Shown: positions 19,201 through 27,886 of the stretch, piece after piece
How positions within the stretch are numbered: position 1 is the stretch's first letter
Layout of the letters: every line of letters begins with the position of its first letter
Assembly: GCA_037481835.1 (NCBI GenBank)
Contig: JBBFKW010000014.1
Span: forward strand, 64,001 to 128,000
Direction: 5' to 3'
Length of the DNA stretch: 64,000 bases
Source of the DNA: Desulfosoma sp.
Lineage (GTDB): Bacteria; Desulfobacterota; Syntrophobacteria; Syntrophobacterales; DSM-9756
The notes under the pieces: model-generated
Told to the model about the DNA's origin: nothing
Database searches by the model: none
Seen by the model: the letters and a program-made list of their open reading frames with translations, nothing else
Translations under genes and position numbers: made by a program

Positions 19201-19299
19201 AGCTCCCGGGGGTTCGAGTTTCATGCTTTGCTGTGACACCGCGACGTGGGAGTGTGTTCCGGATTTTTGTTGGGGTTCGCTGCGCTCACCCCAACCTAC
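19201..19299 (-). repeat. GTAG-type REP plus about 70-bp conserved tail
   Basis: Reverse complement GTAGGTTGGGGTGAGCGCAGCGAACCCCAACAAAAATC...AAGCATGAAACTCGAACCCCCGGGAGCT matches 45173-45271. Confidence 0.85.
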
Positions 19300-19302
19300 A
19301 TT

Positions 19303-19451
19303 CTTTTTGGGGAAAGGGGGGCGTCCGGCGAGCCGGGGCGATGCCCCGGGCTCTATTCCTCTGCACGGCGGGGGGGGACTTAACCCCCATCACGCGCGAC
19401 GACACAACAAAGAATGAAAACCTGGTGGTTACGGTTTGTTACAGAGACTTA
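19303..19451 (+). repeat. Dispersed repeat block (GC palindrome plus degenerate 78-bp unit)
   Basis: 19303-19364 is near-identical to 50922-50983; 19383-19451 is a diverged copy of the 78-bp unit, also seen at 51257-51331. Confidence 0.85.
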
Positions 19452-19667
19452 CCTCGTGCCCCCCTTCCGCTTTTCTTGCCCTCGGGTTCCGGGATCGGTA
19501 TGTTGGCCGGGAAGACCGATGTGCCCTATGCCAGCAAGAGCGGCCGTGGGCGCGATCATCGCCGGTAAGCCCGCTTGCACAAGCGAAACTTGCGGTTCAC
19601 GGGCTCTTTCACGGATGGGCCGGTTAAGAGCTGAGCGCCACGAAGATCATGGAAGGGATGGAAAACG

Positions 19668-20108
19668 ATGCCGGAGCAAATGATCGCCCTTTTGAAAGCC
19701 AACGATATGTGCGTCCTCGCCACATGCCGGGACCAGAGACCCCACTGTTCGCTCATGGCCTACGTCACGGATGAAGAGGGACTCACCGTCTACATGGCCA
19801 CCCGCCGGGATACGACCAAATTCCGCAACGTGCAGGAAAACCCGCGGGTGAGCCTCCTCGTGGACACCCGCCTCCAAGGCGGCGCCGACCGGGCGCGCAT
19901 CCAGTCCCTGACCGTGGAAGGGCTTTACACGCCGCTCCATGACGCGGGCGAAGAATCCCGGGTGCGCGACGTTCTTCGGCGGCGCCATCCCCATATCCAC
20001 GGCCTCTTGGATCACCCCCTTTCGGTCCTCATGCCGGTGAAAGTCCTTTCCTTCCTTCTTCTCGACGGGCCCGAAAAGGCAAGCCACGTCAGGGTGGTGC
20101 CGGAATAG
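19668..20108 (+). CDS. Pyridoxamine 5'-phosphate oxidase-like FMN-binding protein
   Basis: CVLAT...PHCSLMAY, T.RDTTKFRNVQENPRVSLLVD. Confidence 0.85.
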   Translation: MPEQMIALLKANDMCVLATCRDQRPHCSLMAYVTDEEGLTVYMATRRDTTKFRNVQENPRVSLLVDTRLQGGADRARIQSLTVEGLYTPLHDAGEESRVRDVLRRRHPHIHGLLDHPLSVLMPVKVLSFLLLDGPEKASHVRVVPE

Positions 20109-20230
20109 TCGGAGGAACCTCCCATTGTCCCCCCATGAGGCTCCCCTTGCCGCGCCGTGCGCTCATGCTTTCCTTTGAGCCGGGACAAACCCCCGACAGG
20201 TTTGTGTCCGCACAAGGAAAGGAGCTCAGC

Positions 20231-21304
20231 ATGGCAGGAAGAAACGCGATTCAGGAGAAGGTGCACCAATGGGTTTACGGCGAAGATGCGTTCCGGAGGC
20301 TCGATGAAAGCGACGATGCGGTCTTTTACAAGACGGACCGATTCGTCTCCCATCTGGACCGCACCGCTCTGGAAACCGTGGAACAGATCATCGGCGCCTT
20401 GGTCATCGAAGACCGCCCGGTGATCCTGGACCTCATGGCGGGCTGGGATTCCCACATCCCCGACGGGCTGAACGCCGCCGAAGTGGTGGGCCTGGGGCTC
20501 AATGAAAACGAGCTCAAGTCCAACAAAGCGCTCACCCGCTACGTCCTCCACGACCTCAACGCCGACCCGAAGCTTCCCTTTGCCGACAACAGCTTCGATG
20601 TGGTGTTGAACACGGTGTCCGTGGATTACATGACCCGGCCTTTCGAAGTCTTTGCGGAGGTGGGCCGCGTCTTGAAACCGGGCGGGATGCTTCTGGTGAT
20701 TTTTTCCAACCGCATGTTTCCTCAAAAAGCGGTGAAGATTTGGAAAGAAAGCAGCGAGGAAGAGCGGATCATTTTGGTGGAGGACTTTTTCCACAGCGTG
20801 CCGGATTTCGGCGAAGTCCACCTCATCGTCTCCAAGGGCAAGCCGCGCCCTGCCGACGATAAGTACGCCCACCTGGGAATCCCCAGCGATCCCGTCTACG
20901 CCATGTGGGCGGAAAAGAAAGGGGCGCCCAAGGGACGGCGCAAACGACCCGCGGTGGCGTTGAGCGCCGGGGAGCCGGCTTCGCCGCAGGAACTGGAGGA
21001 AAGGAAACGCCGGGTGGGCAAGACCTTGCAATGCCCGCACTGCGGCGAACGCATGAAAAAGTGGAAGATTCCCCAGACGCCGTTCACCGAATGGGACAAC
21101 GAGTTCATGTACATCTGTTTCAACGACGCCTGCCCGTATCTCCTAAGGGGCTGGAGCGTCATGGAATCCCAGGGGAACCGGGGCTTCTCCTACCGGATGA
21201 TGTACAATCCGGACCGCGATGTGCTCCTGCCGGTGCCCGTGCCGAACCTTCGGGCCCTCAAGGAAAGCATCGTCGAAGACGACGAGGAGCTTGCCCGACA
21301 ATAA
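20231..21304 (+). CDS. Class I SAM-dependent methyltransferase with C-terminal zinc-ribbon-like domain
   Basis: RLDESDD..FY..RFV.HLD, ILDLM.GW.SH, DLN..P.LPF.DNSFD, FSNRMFP.KAV; C-terminal CPHC...CFNDACPY. Confidence 0.85.
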   Translation: MAGRNAIQEKVHQWVYGEDAFRRLDESDDAVFYKTDRFVSHLDRTALETVEQIIGALVIEDRPVILDLMAGWDSHIPDGLNAAEVVGLGLNENELKSNKALTRYVLHDLNADPKLPFADNSFDVVLNTVSVDYMTRPFEVFAEVGRVLKPGGMLLVIFSNRMFPQKAVKIWKESSEEERIILVEDFFHSVPDFGEVHLIVSKGKPRPADDKYAHLGIPSDPVYAMWAEKKGAPKGRRKRPAVALSAGEPASPQELEERKRRVGKTLQCPHCGERMKKWKIPQTPFTEWDNEFMYICFNDACPYLLRGWSVMESQGNRGFSYRMMYNPDRDVLLPVPVPNLRALKESIVEDDEELARQ

Positions 21305-21404
21305 AAAATGGCGATGTTTTTCCTGGGAGCGCGGGCCTCCGGCCCGCACGAGAAGCGGGCGAGACGCCCGCGCTCCCAGGAATATGCCATTCTCGGACAC
21401 GCTC
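21287..21404. mobile_element. 118-bp MITE, copy 1
   Basis: Ends GAGCTTGCCCGACAA / TTCTCGGACACGCTC, flanks CGAG / CTAG, internal CCTGGGAGCGCGGGC...GCCCGCGCTCCCAGG palindrome. Confidence 0.75.
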
Positions 21405-21416
21405 CTAGAGGCGGGT

Positions 21417-21448
21417 GTTTGGGGGTCGCTGCGCTCAGCCCACCCTAC
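21417..21448 (-). repeat. GTAG-type REP (diverged)
   Basis: Reverse complement GTAGGGTGGGCTGAGCGCAGCGACCCCCAAAC. Confidence 0.7.
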
Positions 21449-21497
21449 GGGTTTTTGTTTCGGCCCGTATGATGGACTTTATCGCGTGTCATCCCTT

Positions 21498-21523
21498 CTG
21501 GATCCCCGCTTTCGCGGGGATGA
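21498..21523. repeat. Short palindromic REP/dRS3-like element
   Basis: CTGGATCCCCGCTTTCGCGGGGATGA hairpin between convergent genes. Confidence 0.55.
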
Positions 21524-21580
21524 GAGACGGTCGTTCACCGAGGCCCATTAACCCTGCTCGGATAAGCTCGCAGAGGGGCG

Positions 21581-22219
21581 TCACGGGGCGTCTTTTCGAG
21601 GCTGGAGGCATTCGCGGTAAAGCTTCCACGCCGTTCGCGCGTGGGCGGAAAAGTCGAAACGCCCGCCGCTCACATGCCATAAGATGGCCGCCGGCTGCAC
21701 GATCCCGAGAAACATGACGGCGGCCGCTTCCGGCGAAACATCCGAACGCATCTCTCCTTCCTGTTGCCCCTCGGCGATGATCACCGCAACGCGCATCACA
21801 TGGGCGTGGATGATTTCCCCGAGCCGACCGCGCCGGTGTTCGGCATCCCCGATGATCTCCTCGGAAAAAAGAATCCGTGGCAACGCCTGGTTGGATGTGA
21901 TGAAAAGGACGTGCTGGGCGAGCAGGGCGTCCAGGCGCGAGAAAGCCGAAAAATGCTCCCGCCGCACCCTTTCCACATGCTCGGCCAAACGTTCTCCCAC
22001 CAGTTCCAAAACGGCGTCCAGGATGGCGTCCTTGTTGGGGTAATGCCGGTACAGGGCCGATGGGACCACACCCAAGTGCTCGGCAAGCCGAAGGACACTC
22101 AGCCGCTTGAGCCCCTCCTCATTGATCAGCCTAAGGGCCGTTTCGGCGATTTCCGCCTTGCGCCGCCCCGGAGCCGGCGAGCGCTCGCGGGGGCGTTTTT
22201 TCTGAGAATCCTTTTTCAC
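21581..22219 (-). CDS. TetR/AcrR family transcriptional regulator
   Basis: HTH: I.E.AL.LI.E.G....SV..LA..LGV.PSALYRHYPNK.AIL; GTG start uncertain; divergent from the cooS-like gene. Confidence 0.9.
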   Translation of the reverse strand: MKKDSQKKRPRERSPAPGRRKAEIAETALRLINEEGLKRLSVLRLAEHLGVVPSALYRHYPNKDAILDAVLELVGERLAEHVERVRREHFSAFSRLDALLAQHVLFITSNQALPRILFSEEIIGDAEHRRGRLGEIIHAHVMRVAVIIAEGQQEGEMRSDVSPEAAAVMFLGIVQPAAILWHVSGGRFDFSAHARTAWKLYRECLQPRKDAP

Positions 22220-22325
22220 TTTCCCATTCCCATGGTCGAAACCTCCATGCCCCTCTCGCTGACGCTTTTTTGAACGATGCCCTGCATAGGCCCCTTGACC
22301 TTTGCGTCCCGGCAGGCTTGAATGT

Positions 22326-22341
22326 ATGAAAGAGTGTTCAC
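22326..22341. promoter_or_regulatory. Candidate operator RTGAA-N6-TTCAC
   Basis: ATGAA-AGAGTG-TTCAC in the tetR/cooS divergent intergenic region; the same motif recurs at 27887. Confidence 0.4.
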
Positions 22342-22403
22342 ATCTTCGGGGCTCTCTGGATAGGGCGCAAGGACAGTCACTTTCATAGCATGGAGGACGC
22401 CGC

Positions 22404-24308
22404 ATGGAAAAGGAACGATTGTCGTACCACGCGTCGGTGCAGACCATGGTGGAGCGCATCCGCCGGGACGGCATGACCAACATTTGGGACCGGTACGCGG
22501 CCCAGGGATTGGGCAACGATCCGGACAAGCGCTGCCCCTTCTGCATGGGCGGCGTGCGCTGTGATTTGTGTTCCAACGGGCCGTGCCGGGCCGATGCGGA
22601 AAAGGACAAGCGAGGGGTGTGCGGCATCAAGGCCGACGGCATGGCCATGCGCATGATGGTGCTGCGAAACGTCATGGGCACGTCCACGTATCACTACCAC
22701 ACGGAACAGACCGTGCGGACGCTTCGGGCCACGGCCAAGGGGCAGACCCCCTTCGCCATCGCCGAACCCGACAAGTTGAAGACCTTCGCCCAGCGGCTTG
22801 GTGTGGAAACGGCGGGTTCTTTGGAAGAGACGGCCCTTCGCCTGTGCGATTTCGTTCAGAAGGATTTCAACAAGCCGGCCCACGAACCCAGTGAGATTGT
22901 CGCGCGCCTCGCTCCGGCGGACCGTCAGGAACTCTGGAGGAAGCTGGACATCTTTCCCGGCGGGATCTACGGCGAAATGCTCCGTGCCACCAGCTCGTGC
23001 CTCACCAACGTGGACGGCTACTATGTGAGCCTCGCCCTGAAGGCCATGCGCATGGCCGTCGCCATGGCCTATCAGAGCCAGATCGTCAACGAGTACTGCC
23101 AGGACGTCCTCTTCGGTATTCCCAGGCCGCACCGCATGCGCGTCGATCTCGGCGTCTTGGACCCCGACTACGTGAACGTCGTTCCCAACGGGCACGAGCC
23201 GTTCCTCGGCTTCGCCATGGTGCAGCTCGCCCGCACACCGGAATGGCAACAGAAGGCCAAGGCGGCGGGAGCCAAGGGCCTTCGGGTCATCGCCTCCATC
23301 GAAACGGGGCAGGAAATGATCCAGCGCTGGACCATGGACGACGCCTTTTACGGCTTTACGGGAAACTGGATCATGCAGGAAGCCGTGCTTGCCAGCGGCT
23401 GCGTGGATCTTTTCGCGTGCGACATGAACTGCTCCATGCCCATCGATCCGCTCTACGCGGAAAAGTATCACTTCAAGCTCATTCCGGTGAGCGATCTCGT
23501 GGCCTTCGAAGGGGTGACGGATCGCCTGGATTATGTGCCGGAAGAGGCGGCCCAGCAGGCCGCGGCCCTTTTGGAGATGGCCGTGGAGAACTTCCCCAAG
23601 CGGCGAAAAGCCGTGGAACCCGTCACGGGGCTCCGCTTGGGCGAAGCGGTGGTGGGCTTTTCCACGGAAAGCATCGTGGATGCCCTGGGAGGATCCCTCG
23701 AGCCGCTTCTCAAGGCCATCAAGGACGGGGCCGTCCGCGGGGTGGCGGGCTTCGTATCCTGCACGACCTTGAGGGATACGGGACAGGACGTGCACAGCGT
23801 GCGCATGGCCAAGGAACTCATCAAGCGTGACATCTTGGTCCTCGGCATGGGCTGCGGCAATGCGGCCCTGCAGGTGGCCGGCCTGTGTCTTCCCGAAGCC
23901 AAGGAACTGGCGGGACCGGGCCTTAAAGCCGTCTGTGAAGCCCTGGGGGTGCCGCCGGTTTTGAGTTACGGCACATGCACGGATACGGGACGATGCGCCG
24001 ATTTGGTCGCAGCCGTATCGGCGGCCCTCGGCGGAGTGCCCATCCCCGATCTTCCGGTGGTGGCTTGCGCCCCGGAATACATGGAACAGAAGGCCACCAT
24101 CGACGCCATCTTCGCGTTGGCCTTCGGCCTCTACACCTATGTGAACCCGGTGCCCAACGTGACGGGAGCGCCCAATCTGGTGCGGCTGCTGACCCAAGAG
24201 CTGACGGGGGTCACGGGCGGGCTTCTCAATGTGAATCCCAACGCCGAGGAAGCCGCGGACGCCCTTCTGGCGCATATCGAAAAGAACCGGAAAAAGCTCG
24301 GCATCTAA
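22404..24308 (+). CDS. cooS: Anaerobic Ni-CODH (CooS) family protein, non-canonical (clade D / CooS-V-like)
   Basis: CPFC...CDLCSNGPC...GVCG (D and B clusters), NGHEP, DMNC, VSCTT, GMGCG, YGTCTD; ASIETG replaces the usual GICCTG. Confidence 0.9.
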   Translation: MEKERLSYHASVQTMVERIRRDGMTNIWDRYAAQGLGNDPDKRCPFCMGGVRCDLCSNGPCRADAEKDKRGVCGIKADGMAMRMMVLRNVMGTSTYHYHTEQTVRTLRATAKGQTPFAIAEPDKLKTFAQRLGVETAGSLEETALRLCDFVQKDFNKPAHEPSEIVARLAPADRQELWRKLDIFPGGIYGEMLRATSSCLTNVDGYYVSLALKAMRMAVAMAYQSQIVNEYCQDVLFGIPRPHRMRVDLGVLDPDYVNVVPNGHEPFLGFAMVQLARTPEWQQKAKAAGAKGLRVIASIETGQEMIQRWTMDDAFYGFTGNWIMQEAVLASGCVDLFACDMNCSMPIDPLYAEKYHFKLIPVSDLVAFEGVTDRLDYVPEEAAQQAAALLEMAVENFPKRRKAVEPVTGLRLGEAVVGFSTESIVDALGGSLEPLLKAIKDGAVRGVAGFVSCTTLRDTGQDVHSVRMAKELIKRDILVLGMGCGNAALQVAGLCLPEAKELAGPGLKAVCEALGVPPVLSYGTCTDTGRCADLVAAVSAALGGVPIPDLPVVACAPEYMEQKATIDAIFALAFGLYTYVNPVPNVTGAPNLVRLLTQELTGVTGGLLNVNPNAEEAADALLAHIEKNRKKLGI

Positions 24309-24961
24309 GAAGACAAGGGGCGCCGGTTTTCCGGCGCCGCCACGTACAATCCCACGGTCCCGCGGAAGAAGAGGGAGCTCGAAACAAAGCCGAAGTTCTG
24401 CTCCGCAAGAAGGGCTTCCGTGGCACCGCGCTGCAGGTAATCCCGAAAGGCTCGGAAATGGGCGGCTCCCGCCATGCGTTCGATGGCGGCCACCGCGCCC
24501 ATGAAGGCCGCGCCTTTCCCGTGGGCGGGGCAGGCGTAGTCCAAGACGAAGAGAAGCCCGTCGGGAGTGAGCACCCGGCGGGCTTCCCCACACAGGGCCT
24601 GGCGCTCGGCATGGGTTTTTTCATGAAGGGCAAAGGAGAAAACCACGGCGTCGAAACTGCCGGCACGGCAGGGCAGACACCGCCCGTCGGCTCGGGCGAA
24701 AAAAAGACCCGGGCCGGCTTTGCGCACGGCCCGGCTGAGCATGCCCGGTGAAGCGTCCACCCCGAAGGCGGGGATGCCCGCGCGCCGAAGGCTCAGGACT
24801 TGGGTCCCCGTGCCGCAGCACACATCCAGAACCCGCCGGCGCCGCCATGCCGAAACGGTCCGAGTGAGGGTTTCTCGGGCCGGTTTCAAGAAAAACTCCA
24901 GGACATCATAGTACGGCGAAATCCGGGCGTAGGCGTCGCGGCCTCCGTCAGGCCTTTTCAT
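24305..24961 (-). CDS. Class I SAM-dependent methyltransferase
   Basis: VLDVCCGTG, GVDASPGML, FD.V..SFALHE. Confidence 0.85.
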   Translation of the reverse strand: MKRPDGGRDAYARISPYYDVLEFFLKPARETLTRTVSAWRRRRVLDVCCGTGTQVLSLRRAGIPAFGVDASPGMLSRAVRKAGPGLFFARADGRCLPCRAGSFDAVVFSFALHEKTHAERQALCGEARRVLTPDGLLFVLDYACPAHGKGAAFMGAVAAIERMAGAAHFRAFRDYLQRGATEALLAEQNFGFVSSSLFFRGTVGLYVAAPENRRPLSS

Positions 24962-25637
24962 AGACCTCCACCAGGTCGCCCACGCGCGCCTCCTTCCAAT
25001 CGGGGATCTTGATGCCCACCTGTCGTCCCCGGGAGGCTTCCGTCACCGGGGTGCGCTCGATTTGCATGGACTGAATCCGCCCCGCATACACGGGGCCCAT
25101 GGCCGAAATCACCCGAAAGGGGGCCCCCACGCGGAAGACGCCCTGTGTGATTTCGCAGCCGATGATGATCCCGCGTCGGCTGCTCTTGAAAAGCGCGATG
25201 ATCGTCCCCTGGCCGAGGACTTTTTCCGTCTCCCGCGGCGTCCTCTCTTCGGCTTTGAGGGGCGCGGCACGAGCGGCGACGGCATCCACGAGCTCGTGGA
25301 TGACGTCGAAGAGAAGGATGTCCACGCCCATGTCCCGGGCGGCGGCCGTGACCTTGGGGGCCGTTTCGACCCCCAAACCCAGCACCAGGCGGCTGGCCGT
25401 GGCCGCCAGCAAAACATCGGATTTGGAAACGGGCCCCACGCCGCGGTGGATCACCGCGATGGGCCGCTCGACGCTTTTGATCTTCTGCAAGGCCGCCTCG
25501 ATGGCTTCACAGGTGCCCACCGTGTCCGCCTTGATGACGAGTTCGAGCGGACGGGGGACCTTCGGCGCCTTTTCCGCGCCGGCTTTCCTCTTTTCCGGAA
25601 GGGCGGTCGAGGACGGCCTCTCTTTTCTCTCCTTCAT
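24948..25637 (-). CDS. Stand-alone IF2 C-terminal-domains protein (no GTPase)
   Basis: VIKADTVGTCEAI...VIHRGVGPVSKSDVLLA..AS (IF2 domain III/C1) and EKVLGQG.I..LFK...IIGC.I..G...G..VGI (C2 barrel). Confidence 0.75.
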   Translation of the reverse strand: MKERKERPSSTALPEKRKAGAEKAPKVPRPLELVIKADTVGTCEAIEAALQKIKSVERPIAVIHRGVGPVSKSDVLLAATASRLVLGLGVETAPKVTAAARDMGVDILLFDVIHELVDAVAARAAPLKAEERTPRETEKVLGQGTIIALFKSSRRGIIIGCEITQGVFRVGAPFRVISAMGPVYAGRIQSMQIERTPVTEASRGRQVGIKIPDWKEARVGDLVEVYEKA

Positions 25638-25711
25638 GGGCAAGGCCCTTCTCAACGCGTCGGATCGGCCCCGCACCGGTGCCGTCTTTGCGGCACAGCT
25701 CGAGGATCGCG

Positions 25712-27109
25712 CTAAGGGCCGAAAACTTCCTTGGGACGCTGCGTGCTTCCCGTGGCGTTTGGGAAATCCGTCGCCTTGACCGCCTTTTGGTTGGCGGCGA
25801 TGAGGTGACGGGCTTCTTCCATGAAATTATTGAACCGCTTCTTGCACTCATAGAACCCGTGCCACCAGGAATAGTCCGGAGCCATCATGGCCGCACCCAT
25901 GCGGGCCCGGCGTCCTTCGTGGTGCCAGAGTTCATAGAATTCCACTTCCAAGCGTTCATCGAAATACCGCGTGTTGTCAAGAAGTCCTTTGGCATAGAGC
26001 TCGTCCAGCACGGCCTTGGCCGGTTTGTAATAGACCTCGTTGTATTCCTGAACGACCTTATCCAGTTTCACGTAGTGATCGTTCACCCAGGTTTTTCCGT
26101 GGCATTGCATGCACACGGCTTTCATCTTGTCCCGTTCCACCTCCCAGTTCGTCTGCGCCGGGAAGGGCTTGAACTCGGATGGCCGCACGGTCAAGGCCGC
26201 CTGAGTCTCCCAAGAAAGCCGTTCGGTCACATCGTGGGTCGTCAGCACGGCGCCGGCTCCCGACATGTGGCAGGATGCACACGTGGGCCCGCGGAAATCC
26301 ACCCCCGGTGTCCAGGTTCCCGAAGCCGCCGTCCAGTTGTATTGGTCGCCGAAGGCGGTGTAGATGTCCCCGTGTTTGGATTCCATATAGATTTCGATTT
26401 GAGGATGATCCGGCCCCAGGTGGCACTGGCCGCAGGCTTCGGGCTTTCGCGCTTCCATGACGGAAAAGCGATGTCGCGTGTGGCAGCTGGTGCAACTGCC
26501 TTTGCTGCCGTCCAGATTGACGCGACCGACCCCCACGTTGGGCCATGTGGCCGGATCCAGCACGCCCTCTTTGATGCGCAGAACCGTGCCGTGGCAGTGG
26601 AAGCAGCCCGCTTCCCGTTCCGTGTCGCTGTTCATGCCTTGCATGAGCCAGTTGTCGACTTTCCAAATGATCTCGATGGTGTTTGCATGCTTACTGCGGC
26701 TGTACTGCTTGGCTTCGTCCGGATGACAGCGGGAACAGTCCTTGGGGGTCACGGCGGCGGCCACGGGCACCCTGTATTCCTTGGACCCGTACGGGACATC
26801 GTTGCGCTCGTATTGCTTGTAATGGCTGAGGCTCACGTCCGGATCCGTTTCTTCCGCCTGGTGGCAATCGAGGCAGGTGATGTTGGCCGAGGCATGACGG
26901 CTGTGAGCCCAATCCGTAAAGATGCCGGGATTTTCACGGCGATGGCATTCAATGCAGGCGACGGTCTCCTTGGGCATGCTCCGCTCGATGCGAAACTCCT
27001 TGGCCTTGGCCGTATTGACGGCCTGCTGAGCCAAGGCCACGGCGGCAACCAGAACGCCGACCACCATGGCGCACACCACACCTTTCCCCATCACGGTCCA
27101 TCCCTTCAT
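25712..27109 (-). CDS. Octaheme cytochrome c, hydroxylamine oxidoreductase-like (reductive, epsilon-Hao type)
   Basis: Eight CxxCH (CIECH, CLDCH, CSRCH, CFHCH, CTSCH, CGQCH, CASCH, CMQCH), GPDHPQIEIY.ESKHG, MMAPDYSWWHG; signal peptide; GGAGG RBS. Confidence 0.88.
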   Translation of the reverse strand: MKGWTVMGKGVVCAMVVGVLVAAVALAQQAVNTAKAKEFRIERSMPKETVACIECHRRENPGIFTDWAHSRHASANITCLDCHQAEETDPDVSLSHYKQYERNDVPYGSKEYRVPVAAAVTPKDCSRCHPDEAKQYSRSKHANTIEIIWKVDNWLMQGMNSDTEREAGCFHCHGTVLRIKEGVLDPATWPNVGVGRVNLDGSKGSCTSCHTRHRFSVMEARKPEACGQCHLGPDHPQIEIYMESKHGDIYTAFGDQYNWTAASGTWTPGVDFRGPTCASCHMSGAGAVLTTHDVTERLSWETQAALTVRPSEFKPFPAQTNWEVERDKMKAVCMQCHGKTWVNDHYVKLDKVVQEYNEVYYKPAKAVLDELYAKGLLDNTRYFDERLEVEFYELWHHEGRRARMGAAMMAPDYSWWHGFYECKKRFNNFMEEARHLIAANQKAVKATDFPNATGSTQRPKEVFGP

Positions 27110-27147
27110 GGCTCGACCTCCCTTTCCCTTCCGAAAAGGCCGCACGT

Positions 27148-27705
27148 CTAAAGCCCCAAGCCTCGATAATTGCCTTCCAGCTGCTTGTAGGCGAAGCGAT
27201 CCCGGGCCACGTGGACCAGGTTGCGGTGGCAGTCCACGCAGCGTTTTTCATAACCCGGTCGAGGGTAGAGCACCGAGCGATGCGCCAACATGGCGCCTCG
27301 CTTTTCCGGCATGTAGAGGATGTTGCGGTGGCACTTCTGGCATTGGTCGTTCTTCATGGAGGCGTAGGCCGCTTGGCGCGCCTTGGCATGGTCGTAAGCC
27401 TGCGGCCCGTCCTTGAAATGGACGAAAACGTCTTTGATGCCGTGCATGGTCTTGGCGTAGAAGAATTCCACGGTGTCGTGAGGGGCGGGCAAGTGGCAAT
27501 CCATGCAGTCGGCCACAAACCCCTGGGCGTTGTTGGTGTGGGTCGATGTCTTCCATGTGTTGTAGGCGAAGCGGATCTCGTGGCAGGAAGCGCAAAACTG
27601 GGGTGTGGATGTGCGCACCATGGTGTAGTAGGTCATGGAAAAGAGGGGAAAGGCCAAGACGACGCCCACGGCGATCCACAGCACGGCTTTCACCCACCGC
27701 TTCAT
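27148..27705 (-). CDS. NapC/NirT-family tetraheme quinol dehydrogenase
   Basis: N-terminal TM, TSTPQFCASCHE, four CxxCH (CASCH, CMDCH, CQKCH, CVDCH). Confidence 0.92.
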   Translation of the reverse strand: MKRWVKAVLWIAVGVVLAFPLFSMTYYTMVRTSTPQFCASCHEIRFAYNTWKTSTHTNNAQGFVADCMDCHLPAPHDTVEFFYAKTMHGIKDVFVHFKDGPQAYDHAKARQAAYASMKNDQCQKCHRNILYMPEKRGAMLAHRSVLYPRPGYEKRCVDCHRNLVHVARDRFAYKQLEGNYRGLGL

Positions 27706-27886
27706 AAGCGTCCCTCCCAAACGGAGTCAACGGGTGTGCGACGCCGCGTCCCCGCCTCTCAAAAGGAAGTCGGGAAAGCCGGCGCGCTCTCAAAGCCCAT
27801 GGATCATGTGAAGATGCCTTCCATCTAGGCCAAAAGGCTTTTCAGGTCAACACAGAAATCTTTGTGATCCCAAGAAACGAATGGAA

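Noticed and set aside
18974..19417. 147-aa repeat protein (26-aa period)
   Set aside because: A by-product of a repeat length divisible by 3; it runs on into REP sequence and the first repeat copy has an in-frame stop.
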